Shown here piece after piece: positions 37,199 through 48,836 of a DNA stretch of 64,000 nucleotides. The position numbers and the translations under genes were made by a program. Under the pieces are notes generated by a model, which was not told the DNA's origin, did no database searches, and was given only the letters and a program-made list of their open reading frames with translations. Source of the DNA: Macrostomum hystrix. Taxonomy: Eukaryota; Animalia; Platyhelminthes. The first letter of the stretch is position 1; every line of letters begins with the position of its first letter. Location: the NCBI GenBank assembly GCA_950097015.1, contig CATNEN010000012.1:496001-560000 (forward strand), read 5' to 3'.

Positions 37199-37937
37199 TT
37201 GATCAACGATTTTTTGTCAGCGATTTTGCTTTAGAAACTTTTACTATAGGCAGTGCGTCAAATCCATTTCCATGTCACAATGTTTTATAAAATGTGCATT
37301 TACTACACCAAATACTTGTCAGCCAACAAATATAAACTGGTTTTAATTCTCGACTGAAATCACCTCATATCGACTAGTCTATACCAAAGTGTCCGTCTCT
37401 GGCCTGTCACAGTTCAAATTTATTCAAGTACACGTCAGTACGCTATTCTATTTTGGATGAATACGAATATAAGACAGTAATAATCGATGATTTAAAACTA
37501 ACGTGTAGTCACTTAGCTTCGAAAGAGTCACTTTGCTTAGCTTTGTTATTATTAAAAGCTAGTAAAAACGCTGCAACCCTCAGACACTTAACAGCCTTGC
37601 ATTAACATGCATTAAAATAACATTTATTTAAATAGACAACCATCAATTATCTCTTAAATACATCATCTGATCGTTCCTAATAGCAATTAAGCATAGAAAG
37701 CATTTGCAACACATTGTTTGGTTGTCCAGATCAGCCAGACTAGGAAGGACAAAGAAGTTTCGGTAGAGAAATTAAGTTTCTCTGAGCCAAAAAGCACAAC
37801 TCTCAAAGAAAACATGCCGGGACTGGCCAGTAATGATTAGCCAATTATTTTTTCTGGCCAGAAATCATTAAATTGGTATGAAATTCTGAATTTTAACGAT
37901 CTGCCTGTGAACTCCGGTTGCAAAACATCTCATAGCC

Positions 37938-38234
37938 ATGAACGGTACTTCCGCGAAGAGGCTCATTGCATTCGGTGACAATGCCATGTTGATCGTGAGG
38001 GACTGCTTGAGCGGAGACCCGTCCAGGCACCTCTACTGCATCATTTCCCAAGTGGTCGGCTCCCTGTCAGCCACTCTGCTGCCCTTGATTATCCTGGTTG
38101 GTCTTGTTGGCAACATCATCGTGGCTCACGTCATGCTGTCGCGCCTGCGACCGCTCACCCGCCAGAACCTGTACCTGGGCTGCATCGCGGTGGCCGACAT
38201 TTTCAGCCTGGTCGTCATCGGAGTGTTGAACGGC
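37938..38234 (+). pseudogene. 5' fragment (N-terminus to TM2) of a class A GPCR paralogue
   Basis: MNGTS...VRDCLSGDPSRHL...GNIIVAHVML..RPLTRQNLYLG matches the intact paralogues. Homology ends at ...GVLNG and no continuation was found downstream. Confidence 0.85.
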
Positions 38235-38266
38235 ACCAACTGCACGGTCTAGATTGCATCAGGATT

Positions 38267-38625
38267 TACTGGCAGAGCGGTTAACGTGTTTGCCTCTCGC
38301 ACCACGGTCCCTAAGTTCGATTCCACGGCGAGGCCACATTTATTTGGGGCGCAGCCGCGGAGAGAAGGCTTGGGGGCTTGTCGTGCAATTTACGCCCTTG
38401 AGGGCCAACCTCCAAGGCACAGTGAAGTGTACACTGCCTGACGATGAGAAAGTCAGGGCAGATGTACACACCTGTGTGAGCGTGTGCCTGCGTAAAGTAT
38501 CTGTGTGCGTGTGTGCTCAGGAGCCAGCGAAATGGGCAGAATTGCCTCCTCGCTAGCTGCGGGTCTAGTGTCACTAAATGATGTGCCATTCCCGCAGCCC
38601 TCCTGCAATTATTATTATTATTATT
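38267..38625 (+). mobile_element. tRNA-derived SINE, about 360 bp, with (ATT)n tail and 29-bp target-site duplication
   Basis: A-box TGGCAGAGCGG (38270), B-box GTTCGATTCC (38315), ATT tail. Flanking direct repeats AACTGCACG(G/C)TCTAGATTGCATCAGGATT at 38238-38266 and 38626-38654. Further copies at 42660 and 5225. Confidence 0.88.
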
Positions 38626-39231
38626 AACTGCACGCTCTAGATTGCATCAGGATTAAGATTATTCTAACAAAGTCTAGAAAACTCATGAATCGGTTCCTAA
38701 TAAAGCTCCTAACCTTTCTAAAGCTGTTCAATGTGCTCCAATTGAAAATAAAATCCAATTTAAATCAAAGTGATGAAGAATGGATCGAGTTATGTGCGGA
38801 CTGTTTCTAATCGCCTGAGGCGAAGCTCATGATTGCTGCATCACGTGATCTCTGGTGGATGCACATTGTGATGTGATCCACATTCCAGTGTTTTTTAGTT
38901 TCAATGGCTGATGATTCAACTGGAAAAAAATGCATAGGTAAATAAGCTACCTATTTTTAAGGTTAAAGAAGGAAAGCTTAATTCAAATGGAACTCGCGAA
39001 CTGTTTAACAAGCAATAGGACCTGGCATGAATGAATTTCGTCTGTGTATTAACATTAGCCTCTTTAAACGAATGATAATTCTATTTGAAACATTAAAAAC
39101 TGCTTCAAGATCAATTATATTATGCAAAGCAAAGAAATTACCTAGTTGAATTTAAAGAGCATTTACATGCTACTCAAAATTGACAAAAATAAAGACAAAA
39201 AGTATGAAATTAGGGCTGTTTGAGACTTGGG

Positions 39232-40560
39232 TTTATAGCTGATGACATGGCAGCTTGTGATGAAATGGCATGTGTTTATAGCTGATGAAATGGCAGCTTG
39301 TGATGAAATGGCATGTGTTTATAGCTGATGAAATGGCAGCTTGTGATGAAATGGCATGTGTTTATAGCTGATGAAATGGCAGCTTGTGATGAAATGGCAT
39401 GTGTTTATAGCTGATGAAATGGCAGCTTGTGATGAAATGGTATGTGTTTATAGCTGATGAAATGGCAGCTTGTGATGAAATGGCATGTGTTTATAGCTGA
39501 TGAAATGGCAGCTTGTGATGAAATGGCATGTGTTTATAGCTGATGAAATGGCAGCTTGTGATGAAATGGCATGTGTTTATAGCTGATGAAATGGCAGCTT
39601 GTGTTTATAGCTGATGACATGGCAGCTTGTGATGAAATGGCATGTGTTTATAGCTGATGAAATGGCAGCTTGTGATGAAATGGCATGTGTTTATAGCTGA
39701 TGAAATGGCAGCTTGTGATGAAATGGCATGTGTTTATAGCTGATGAAATGGCAGCTTGTGATGAAATGGCATGTGTTTATAGCTGATGAAATGGCAGCTT
39801 GTGATGAAATGGCATGTGTTTATAGCTGATGAAATGGCAGCTTGTGTTTATAGCTGATGATATGGCAGCTTGTGATGAAATGGCATGTGTTTATAGCTGA
39901 TGAAATGGCAGCTTGTGTTTATAGCTGATGAAATGGCAGCTTGTGTTTATATCTGATGAAATGGCATGTGTTTATCGCTGATCGAATGGCAGCTTGGGTT
40001 TATAGCTGATGAAATGGCATGTGTTTATAGCTGATGAAATGGCATGTGTTTATAGCTGATGAAATGGCAGCTTGTGTTTATAGCTGATGAAATGGCAGCT
40101 TGTGTTTATAGCTGATGAAATGGCATGTGTTTATAGCTGATCGAATGGCAGCTTGGGTTTATAGCTGATGAAATGGCATGTGTTTATAGCTGATGAAATG
40201 GCAGCTTGTGTTTATAGCTGATGAAATGGCAGCTTGTGTTTATAGCTGATGAAATGGCAGCTTGTGTTTATAGCTGATGAAATGGCAGCTTGTGTTTATA
40301 GCTGATGAAATGGCATGTGTTTATTGCTGATGAAATGGCAGCTTGGGTTTATAGCTGATGAAATGGCATGTGTTTATAGCTGATGAAACGGCATGTGTTT
40401 ATAGCTGATCAAATGGCAGCTTGTGTTTATAGCTGATGAAATGGCAGCATGTGTTTATAGCTGATGAAATGGCATGTGTTTATAGCTGATGAAATGGCAG
40501 CTTGTGTTTATAGCTGATGAAATGGCATGTGTTTATAGCTGATGAAATGGCAGCTTGGGC
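39232..40560. repeat. Composite minisatellite with a GATGAAATGGCA core: 43-bp units giving way to 28-bp and 25-bp units
   Basis: GTGTTTATAGCTGATGAAATGGCAGCTT (28) plus GTGATGAAATGGCAT (15) in the 5' half; shorter units dominate the 3' half. Confidence 0.95.
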
Positions 40561-40794
40561 TTTCCGTTCATTAGAATCGTCTACTTGTTGTTTCAACCTG
40601 CAGCTGATACAAATGGGCTAGTGTCGTGTTCAACTACGACATACAACATTCCGTTTTTTGTTCATTTATTTTCAAATATACTCGTACATGCAGTTCTCTA
40701 TGTACTTTAGTACCATCATCACGTAGTTTATCATCATACTACTAAAATCTTAACAGCAGTAGTCAGGTTATTTAGTCTAAAGGTATTCGAAGAC

Positions 40795-42052
40795 TATAGC
40801 CACAGCAGGAGTCACAGACTGAGCCACAGCAGGAGTCACAGACTGAGCCACAGCAGGAATCACAGACTGAGCTACAGCAGGAGTCACAGACTGAGCCACA
40901 GCAGGAGTCACAGACTCAGCCACGGCAGGAATCACAGACTCAGCCACAGCAGGAGTCACAGACTGAGCCACAGCAGGAATCACAGACTCAGCCACAGCAG
41001 GAGTCACAGACTGAGCCACAGCAGGAATCACAGACTGAGCCACAGCAGGAATCACAGACTGAGCCACAGCAGGAGTCACAGACTGAGCCACAGCAGGAAT
41101 CACAGACTGAGCCACAGCAGGAATCACAGACTCAGCCACAGCAGGAATCACAGACTGAGCCACAGCAGGAATCACAGACTCAGCCACAGCAGGAGTCACA
41201 GACTGAGCCACAGCAGGAGTCACAGACTGAGCCACAGCAGGAATCACAGACTGAGCCACAGCAGGAATCACAGACTGAGCCACAGCAGGAATCACAGACT
41301 GAGCCACAGCAGGAATCACAGACTCAGCCACAGCAGGAATCACAGACTGAGCCACAGCAGGAATCATAGACTGAGCCACAGCAGGAATCATAGACTGAGC
41401 CACAGCAGGAATCACAGATTGAGCCACAGCAGGAATCATAGACTGAGCCACAGCAGGAATCACAGACTGAGCCACAGCAGGAATCATAGACTGAGCCACA
41501 GCAGGAATCACAGACTGAGCCACAGCAGGAATCACAGACTGAGCCACAGCAGGAATCACAGACTGAGCCACAGCAGGAATCACAGACTGAGCCACAGCAG
41601 GAATCACAGACTGAGCCACAGCAGGAATCACAGACTGAGCCACAGCAGGAGTCACAGACTGAGCCACAGCAGGAATCACAGACTGAGCCACAGCAGGAAT
41701 CACAGACTGAGCCACAGCAGGAATCACAGACTGAGCCACAGCAGGAATCACAGACTGAGCCACAGCAGGAATCATAGACTGAGCCACAGCAGGAATCATA
41801 GACTGAGCCACAGCAGGAATCATAGACTGAGCCACAGCAGGAATCACAGATTGAGCCACAGCAGGAATCACAGATTGAGCCACAGCAGGAATCACAGATT
41901 GAGCCACAGCAGGAATCATAGATTGAGCCACAGCAGGAATCACAGATTGAGCCACAGCAGGAATCACAGATTGAGCCACAGCAGGAATCATAGACTGAGC
42001 CACAGCAGGAATCATAGACTGAGCCACAGCAGGAATCACAGATTGAGCCACT
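40795..42052. repeat. 24-bp minisatellite (GAGCCACAGCAGGAATCACAGACT), about 52 copies
   Basis: Tandem units directly visible. Confidence 0.97.
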
Positions 42053-42659
42053 GGACTTATAAAACTTAAATTTTTTTTGTTATCTGGAGACCTGACTCTG
42101 TTTTCTGCTTTCCCGACGGAGGCAGCGTAAACACTACCTTCTTATCCACTTGGGATGGGCGTGAATGAAAAACTCTGAAGTCCTCTTTGAGTACTGTATG
42201 ACTCAGCTTTGAGATGCTTCAATAATCATCTTAGGTCCAGCCCAAGATTTCTGACGTTGACAGCCCAACTAATGGACAGCAAGATTCAATCACGATTAGA
42301 GAGATTCGATGTGGACAAGGTTTTAGCTCTTGAGTTGAATAACTGCACGACCCAAGCCATTAGACCTGCGACACCTGTGACAGTCTTAATCGCATCACTT
42401 TCGAATTTGTCTTTTTCCTACTTGATTAGATTTGCAAGCAACAAAATTTAAGGATAAATTTCGCGCAGCCGATTGGTGGAGTAATCGTAATTGGGCTTGA
42501 GATGAGAGGTACTTGACACTATTTAAGCTTGACAAATTAAGTTAGTTTTTTCAAGAAAAAGTCAATGCGAACTTGTGAAGAAAACTGCGCTTTGTCATCT
42601 GAAAATAAGTTACAAGGTAGGTTGTCCTTTCATTTGCAGTTTCAATGTCTGTCATTTTT

Positions 42660-42968
42660 GCAGCCTGGCTGTGGGCACTCGTACATTATTGGGGTCACCA
42701 GACCTGCAGGCAATTCTGCCCATTTCGCTGACTCCTGAGCACACACGCACACAGATACTGTACGCAGGCACACGCTCACACAGGTGTGTACATCTGCCCT
42801 GACTTTCTCATTAGTCAGAGAGTGTACACTCTCACTGTGCCTTGGAGTTTATCCCTAAAGGCTGTAAACTGCATGACAAACCCCCAAGCCTTCTCTCCGC
42901 GGCTGCGCCCCAAATGAATGCGGCCTCGCCGCGGAATCGAGCTCAGGGACCTTGGTGCGAGAGGCAAA
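42660..42968 (-). mobile_element. Second near-full copy of the tRNA-SINE family at 38267
   Basis: The reverse complement matches the 38267 copy over about 300 bp (e.g. CCCCAAGCCTTCTCTCCGCGGCTGCGCCCCAAAT, GACTTTCTCAT, GGTGCGAGAGGCAAA). Confidence 0.88.
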
Positions 42969-43029
42969 TGCCATAATTTGCAGTAATACAAGTACTTCTA
43001 AAATTATTTTCTTTTTCATAAATGCTTTG

Positions 43030-43682
43030 ACTAGATCAGGAAGGTGTTGAGTGGATCAAGAAGGTGTTGACTGGATCAGGAAGGTGTTGACTGGATCAGG
43101 AAGGTGTTGACTGGATCAGGAAGGTGTTGACTGGATCAGGAAGGTGTTGAGTGGATCAGGAAGGTGTTGACTGGATCAGGAAGGTGTTGACTGGATCAGG
43201 AAGGTGTTGACTGGATCAGGAAGGTGTTGACTGGATCAGGAAGGTGTTGACTGGATCAGGAAGGTGTTGACTGGATCAGGAAGGTGTTGAGTGGATCAGG
43301 AAGGTGTTGAGTGGATCAGGAAGGTGTTGACTGGATCAGGAAGCTGTTGAGTGGATCAAGAAGGTGCTGAATGGATCAAGAAGGTGTTGACTGGATCAGG
43401 AAGGTGTTGAGTGGATCAAGAAGGTGTTGACTGGATCAGGAAGCTGTTGAGTGGATCAGGAAGGTGTTGAGTGGATCAGGAAGGTGGTGAGTGGATCAAG
43501 AAGGTGTTGACTGGATCAAGAAGGTGTTGACTGGATCAAGAAGGTGTTGACTGGATCAAGAAGGTGTTGACTGGATCAGGAAGGTGTTGAGTGGATCAGG
43601 AAGGTGTTGAGTGGATCAAGAAGGTGTTGAGTGGATCAGGAAGGTGTTGAGTGGATCAGGAAGGTGTTGAGTGGATCAGGAT
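43030..43682. repeat. 20-bp minisatellite (GGATCAGGAAGGTGTTGAST), about 32 copies
   Basis: Tandem units directly visible. Confidence 0.96.
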
Positions 43683-43884
43683 GAGGAGTGTGTTATATAA
43701 AAATGCAGATTCTGAATGGGACTATTGAAAAAAAGCAAATTTAAAGATGCGCGCTTATTAGTTCTGGTATGAGTCCTCCTGAAAGCACTCAGAGAGCTAA
43801 ATCACAGAACTCCCTTTTGGATTGGGAGCGATTGCCACCTGTTTTTTACTCGCGCACACCCTTGAAATGGTTCTTGCCGGCAGC

Positions 43885-45021
43885 ATGAACGGCTCAAGCA
43901 ATGCAGATCTGCCGTTGCGGATTGTGTACTCCGCCAACCCAATGCGAATGGTGCGAGACTGCCTGAGCGGAGACCCGTCCAGGCACCTGTTTTGCGTGCT
44001 GTCCCAGGTGACGGGCTCAGTGTCGGCCATTCTGCTGCCCATCGTGTTCCTCATTGGCGTGGTCGGCAACATCATCGTGGCTCACGTCATGCTGGTGAGG
44101 CAGCGACCGCTCACCCGCCAGAACCTGTACCTGGGCTGCAACGCCATCGCCGACATTCTCAGCCTCGTCGTCATCGGAATGTTCAACGGCTTCCTCACCA
44201 AGGGGCTACCGTGGCTCACTGGCGGCAAGCTGGGCTTCTTCAGCTACAACCTGAGCGACGCCATGTGCAAGGTGTCCCGATACGCGCTGAACTTCTGCCA
44301 CGTGCTGTCCTGCGTGTGGCTGCTCGTGCTGGTGACTGACCGGGTGCTGGTTGTCCACCGACCGCTGGCCATGAAGAAGGTGGGCATCCGCTGGGCGGTG
44401 CGGGCTCTGGCGGGCTCTTTCGTGCTGTCCGCCCTGATCGCCCTGCCGAACGGCTTTCTGACCGGCCACCACCTGCTGTACCAGCCTGGCAATGTGGTCG
44501 TGATCCTGTGCTCCCACCTGCCCGAGTACCAGCTGTTCATGATGTCCTACACCATTCTTATGTCCAACCCGCCGCTGATTGTGATCCTGACCATCCTGGC
44601 TCTCGACTGCTTCCTGCTCTCCCGAGTAGTTTCGGCCGTTCGCAAGCGGCGGAGCATGTCGGGCTCGAGCGACAAACAGACTTACCCGAAGGAGATCTCC
44701 GGCACCATCATAGTCCTGATCCTGGCCATCATCTACCTGGTGCTGCACACCCCGCTGCTGTGCTGCCGAATGCTCCTGGAGATCACTCAGTACGTGCTGG
44801 ACACGGCCGCCAATCTGGACTACATCACCGTGCTGGCCGACCTGTTCTTCATGAGCCTGGCCTTCAGCGTCGTCAACCAATGCCTCACATTCTTTGTGCT
44901 CATGCGCCGCAGCCGCTCATTCAAGAAGAGCGTCGCAGTCACCTTCTGCTGTGCCAAGAGCAGGGGACAGAAATCCCGGTCCGAGACTGACATGCCCACG
45001 CTCAGTGCGACGGCTCATTGA
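43885..45021 (+). CDS. Class A (rhodopsin-like) 7TM GPCR, peptide-receptor/chemoreceptor-like orphan, intronless
   Basis: Seven hydrophobic segments, TM1 GN, TM2 LYLG..AIAD, TM3 Cys and DR(V), TM7 NQCLTFF, C-terminal CC. Start assigned to MNGSS by comparison with the MNGTS paralogue; the ORF is open from 43822. Confidence 0.9.
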   Translation: MNGSSNADLPLRIVYSANPMRMVRDCLSGDPSRHLFCVLSQVTGSVSAILLPIVFLIGVVGNIIVAHVMLVRQRPLTRQNLYLGCNAIADILSLVVIGMFNGFLTKGLPWLTGGKLGFFSYNLSDAMCKVSRYALNFCHVLSCVWLLVLVTDRVLVVHRPLAMKKVGIRWAVRALAGSFVLSALIALPNGFLTGHHLLYQPGNVVVILCSHLPEYQLFMMSYTILMSNPPLIVILTILALDCFLLSRVVSAVRKRRSMSGSSDKQTYPKEISGTIIVLILAIIYLVLHTPLLCCRMLLEITQYVLDTAANLDYITVLADLFFMSLAFSVVNQCLTFFVLMRRSRSFKKSVAVTFCCAKSRGQKSRSETDMPTLSATAH

Positions 45022-45069
45022 AAAGCTCTCTGAGCTTGGATCAGATTGAATAAGCAGGTTGAGAAGCAT

Positions 45070-45165
45070 TGAGTAAGTAGAGTGAGAGGTCGGGAGTTCG
45101 AGTCATAAACCGATTGAGCTAGTTTGTGTCCTTGAGCAGCACACTAAACTCCCTTGAGCTTCAGT
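45070..45165 (+). mobile_element. Possible degenerate SINE head
   Basis: GGGAGTTCGAGTC B-box-like motif followed by GTGTCCTTGAGCAGCACACT, a motif common in tRNA-SINE bodies. Confidence 0.35.
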
Positions 45166-45237
45166 TCACTGAGCAGTAAAAAATTTACCTGCATCAACTC
45201 GGTTGGAAATTTTAGTCTGTGTGGCGGCATGCCAGAA

Positions 45238-45480
45238 TCTGTGAGATTCCCTAGGTGATCAGTAAGATTGCCTAGGTGATCAGTGAGATTGCCTAGGTGA
45301 TCAGTGAGATTAGCCAGGAGATCTGTAAAATTCCCTAGGTGATCAGTGAGATTCCCTCGGAGATCTGTGAGATTCCCTAGGTGATCTGTGAGATTCCCTA
45401 GGTGATCTGTGAGATTCCCTAGGTGATCTGTGAGATTCCCTAGGTGATCTGTGAGATTAAGTAGGTGATCTGTGTGAGAT
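45238..45480. repeat. 21-bp short minisatellite (GTGAGATTCCCTAGGTGATCT)
   Basis: About 11 partly degenerate units. Confidence 0.85.
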
Positions 45481-45675
45481 TGCCTAGATGATGCATGAGA
45501 TTTTTGGAGGACTGGTGTCGTACCCCGCTGTCGAATATGTATTTAGCTTACCCGTTCAGTCTAAGTTGAAGTTAGTGATTTAGCCGTCTAGTCTAACCTT
45601 TGTTGTGCTTATTAAAGTGCACTTTTTATCAAAGCGCCTCATGCAAAAACACAATTATTATAGTAACTCATAGTG

Positions 45676-45880
45676 AGGGCTATAGCCTCGCGCGTTAGCG
45701 CGTCGGACTCACGGCTTGATGGTTGGAGTTCGATTCCAGACTCAACTGAAACTATTTGTGTCCTTATGGCGTCCCCCAAGTCCATGGACTGAACAGCCGT
45801 ACGAATTCTGTGCTGTCGGCTGCACATTGGCCCGAATAGGCAGGTGTAAAATAGAATTACTTATTATTATTATTATATAA
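45676..45880 (+). mobile_element. Second tRNA-derived SINE family member, about 200 bp, (TTA)n tail
   Basis: tRNA-like head TAGCCTCGCGCGTTAGCGCGTCGGACTC, B-box GTTCGATTCC at 45728, tail TTATTATTATTATT. Confidence 0.6.
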
Positions 45881-46119
45881 TTTTTATTCCGCACGCGAAA
45901 TATGCCTGTAAGTATTTTTATCACTGCACCTTCAGCTATCTTATTAGTGGAAAAATGTTATTTTACTGGTTGGCATCAATGCTAAAATATTTTTTGCGCA
46001 TGAGTAGCGCTAATTTCTGGATAAATAAAATTAAAAGCAGCATTTTTGTTGTCTACTACGAGCACTCGTAACCTGCATAGTACGATTCGCTTCGACTTTT
46101 AACTAAGGCCAAAATGTCT

Positions 46120-47280
46120 AACCCCCGATCCTCTTCTCCCGCGATCCTCTTCTCCCCCGATCCTCTTCTCCCCCGATCCTCTTCTCCCTCGATCCTCTTC
46201 TCCCTCGATCCTCTTCTCCCTCGATCCTCTTCTCCCTCGATCCTCTTCTCCCTCGATCCTGTTCTCCCCCGATCTTCTTCTTCCCCGATCCTCTTCTTCC
46301 CCGATCCTCTTCTCCCTCGATCCTCTTCTCCCTCGATCCTGTTCTCCCCCGATCCTCTTCTACCCCGATCCTCTGCTACCCTAATCCTCTCTACCCCAAT
46401 CCTCTGCACCCTAATCCTCTCTACCCCAATCCTCTGCTACCCTAATCCTCTCTACCCCAATCCTCTCTACCCCAATCCTCTCTACCCTAATCCTCTCTAC
46501 CCCAATCCTCTGCACCCTAATCCTCTCTACCCCAATCCTCTGCACCCTAATCCTCTCTACCCCAATCCTCTGCACCCTAATCCTCTCTACCCCAATCCTC
46601 TGCACCCTAATCCTCTCTACCCCAATCCTCTGCACCCTAATCCTCTCTACCCCAATCCTCTCTACCCCAATCCTCTCTACTCCAATCCTCTCTACCCTAA
46701 TCCTCTCTACCCCAATCCTCTGCACCCTAATCCTCTCTACCCCAATCCTCTGCACCCTAATCCTCTCTACCCCAATCCTCTGCACCCTAATCCTCTCTAC
46801 CCCAATCCTCTGCACCCTAATCCTCTCTACCCCAATCCTCTGCACCCTAATCCTCTCTACCCCAATCCTCTCTACCCCAATCCTCTCTACCCCAATCCTC
46901 TCTACCCCAATCCTCTCTACCCCAATCCTCTTCTCCCCCGATCCTCTTCTCCCTCGATCCTCTTCTCCCTCGATCCTGTTCTCCCCCGATCCTCTTCTAC
47001 CCCGATCCTCTTCTCCCCCGATCCTCTCTACCGTAATCCTCTCTACCCCAATCCTCTGCACCCTAATCCTCTCTACCCCAATCCTCTCTACCCCAATCCT
47101 CTCTACCCCAATCCTCTCTACCCCAATCCTCTCTACCCTAATCCTCTCTACCCCAATCCTGTCTACCCCAATCCTCTCTACCCCAATCCTCTCTACCCCA
47201 ATCCCCTCTACCCCGATCCTCTCTACCCCAATCCCCTCTACCCCGATCCTCTCTACCCCAATCCCCTCTACCTCAATCAC
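46120..47280. repeat. Composite pyrimidine-rich minisatellite with alternating blocks of 16-bp (GATCCTCTTCTCCCCC) and 15-bp (AATCCTCTCTACCCC) units
   Basis: 16-mer blocks at about 46120-46375 and 46930-47030; 15-mer blocks elsewhere. Confidence 0.95.
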
Positions 47281-47729
47281 CTCTGTTCCTATTCCCCGTA
47301 GCGCGCTTCCCTCTCTTCGCCGCCTCCCCGATTCCCATACTCTTATCCACTCCCCCTCTCTTCCCGCTCCTGCTCCCAACTCCCCTGCTCTTCCCCGCTT
47401 TGCCCCCCGTTCCCCCTCCCCCACTTCCCCACTCCCTCATTTCCCTCTCTTCTCCACGCAACTCTTTCCAGATCTCCCATTCCTTCTCTCCTTATTCGGT
47501 TCGCAAATCGTTTCTCTTCCCCATTGAACTTTATTTATACTGCCCCGGATGCTTTGTTCATGATCATTTCCTGCTTAAAACAGTTATATTTAGTTTTTAA
47601 CATTTTCGAGACACTACTGACTACTGAATTCTGACTTATTTAGTAGTCTGTTATCTATTTCGTTCGGTACTAGGGTAGTAACAGTATATCCAATCGCAGT
47701 GTATAAAAAATCAAAGTACGACATAAGAT

Positions 47730-48836
47730 TAGGGATGCCAACCCCGGGGACGGCCCCCCGGGGACCCCGAATGAAGGTCCGGGGTTTTGTCCCCGGGGTT
47801 TTGTCCGGGGATCCCCGGATAGAACTATAGACTATATAGATTATAGAAAGTAGCAGCCTAGCAACTCAGCTAGTAGCAACTTAGCAAGCAAGCAATGGAG
47901 AGCAATAACAATAATTAATAGCAATTGTAGATGTAGTTGTAGACTTGTTAATGTAGATTGTAGAATGTAGACACATGCAGATTTCCATTAAGCATCTTTC
48001 TTAAGTATTAGTAAAACGAAATATATGGCTAGAAAAGCGTGGCTAGAAAGCCACGCAAGTGGCTTCTAGTGAGGCGCAGCAATTGCCTCCCGAATCTTCC
48101 AATGATGCTGCTGAACCGCTCAGTATGGAGGCCCGCCTAGAAGCCTTCCTAAAGAAGACAAGTGATAGCGCCGCAGAGCAGTCACCTGTTCATTCGTTGG
48201 AGAACACAATTGGCAAGGAGCTCGAATTTTTAAGAACTACCGGCCAACGAGCATCAACTCTACAGCTGCTCTACCAAGCACTTCTGTCAATCCCAGCAAG
48301 CAGCGTTGTGCAGAGCGGGCCTTCTCTGCACAGGCCTTTTTAATTCTCAATAAGTTCCGGTCTCGTCTAGGAGACAAAACTTTGTGTCGACTGGCCCTGC
48401 TTCGCGCACACTTCAAGCTGGAGACCTAAAGCATTGAAAGCGGTTTACTTATGTAATGTTTAGTAACTCTGAATCTGTAGTCTGTACTGATCCTATTTTC
48501 TAGAAAATTTCTTCAAATTTTACAGCATTTTCTGTGCCGTAGAAACCTGTAGCTTATATAGAAATTTAGGAAGTGGAAAAAGTGTTGTATATTGTCATTT
48601 TGCATTTGAACTTTGTAAATTCTCAATTTTTTTTAAATATTCAATCAGTTTCATGCCAACGGTCACAAACCACAGACAACCAAAATCACAATCACACGTA
48701 ACGTGATACGACATAAATCTGCAATAAAAAAGTTTATTTTAAACAAAATGAACTATAGTATTTTAGTATATTAGACGTTCTTCAGTACATACAGATAAAG
48801 CTGTATGTACTGAAGTCCGGAGAATTGGCATCCCTA
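47730..48836 (+). mobile_element. Non-autonomous hAT DNA transposon (1.1 kb) retaining a decayed C-terminal dimerisation domain
   Basis: TIRs TAGGGATGCCAA (47730-47741) and TTGGCATCCCTA (48825-48836); 8-bp TSD CATAAGAT/CATACGAT (7/8 match). Remnant LLSIPASS..[frameshift]AERAFS...KFRSRLGDKTLCRLALL at about 48280-48430. Subterminal CCCCGGGG repeats. Confidence 0.9.

Noticed and set aside
38270-38330. Functional tRNA gene (also considered at 45680 and 28960)
   Set aside because: A and B boxes are present but no complete cloverleaf; they continue into SINE bodies with simple-repeat tails.
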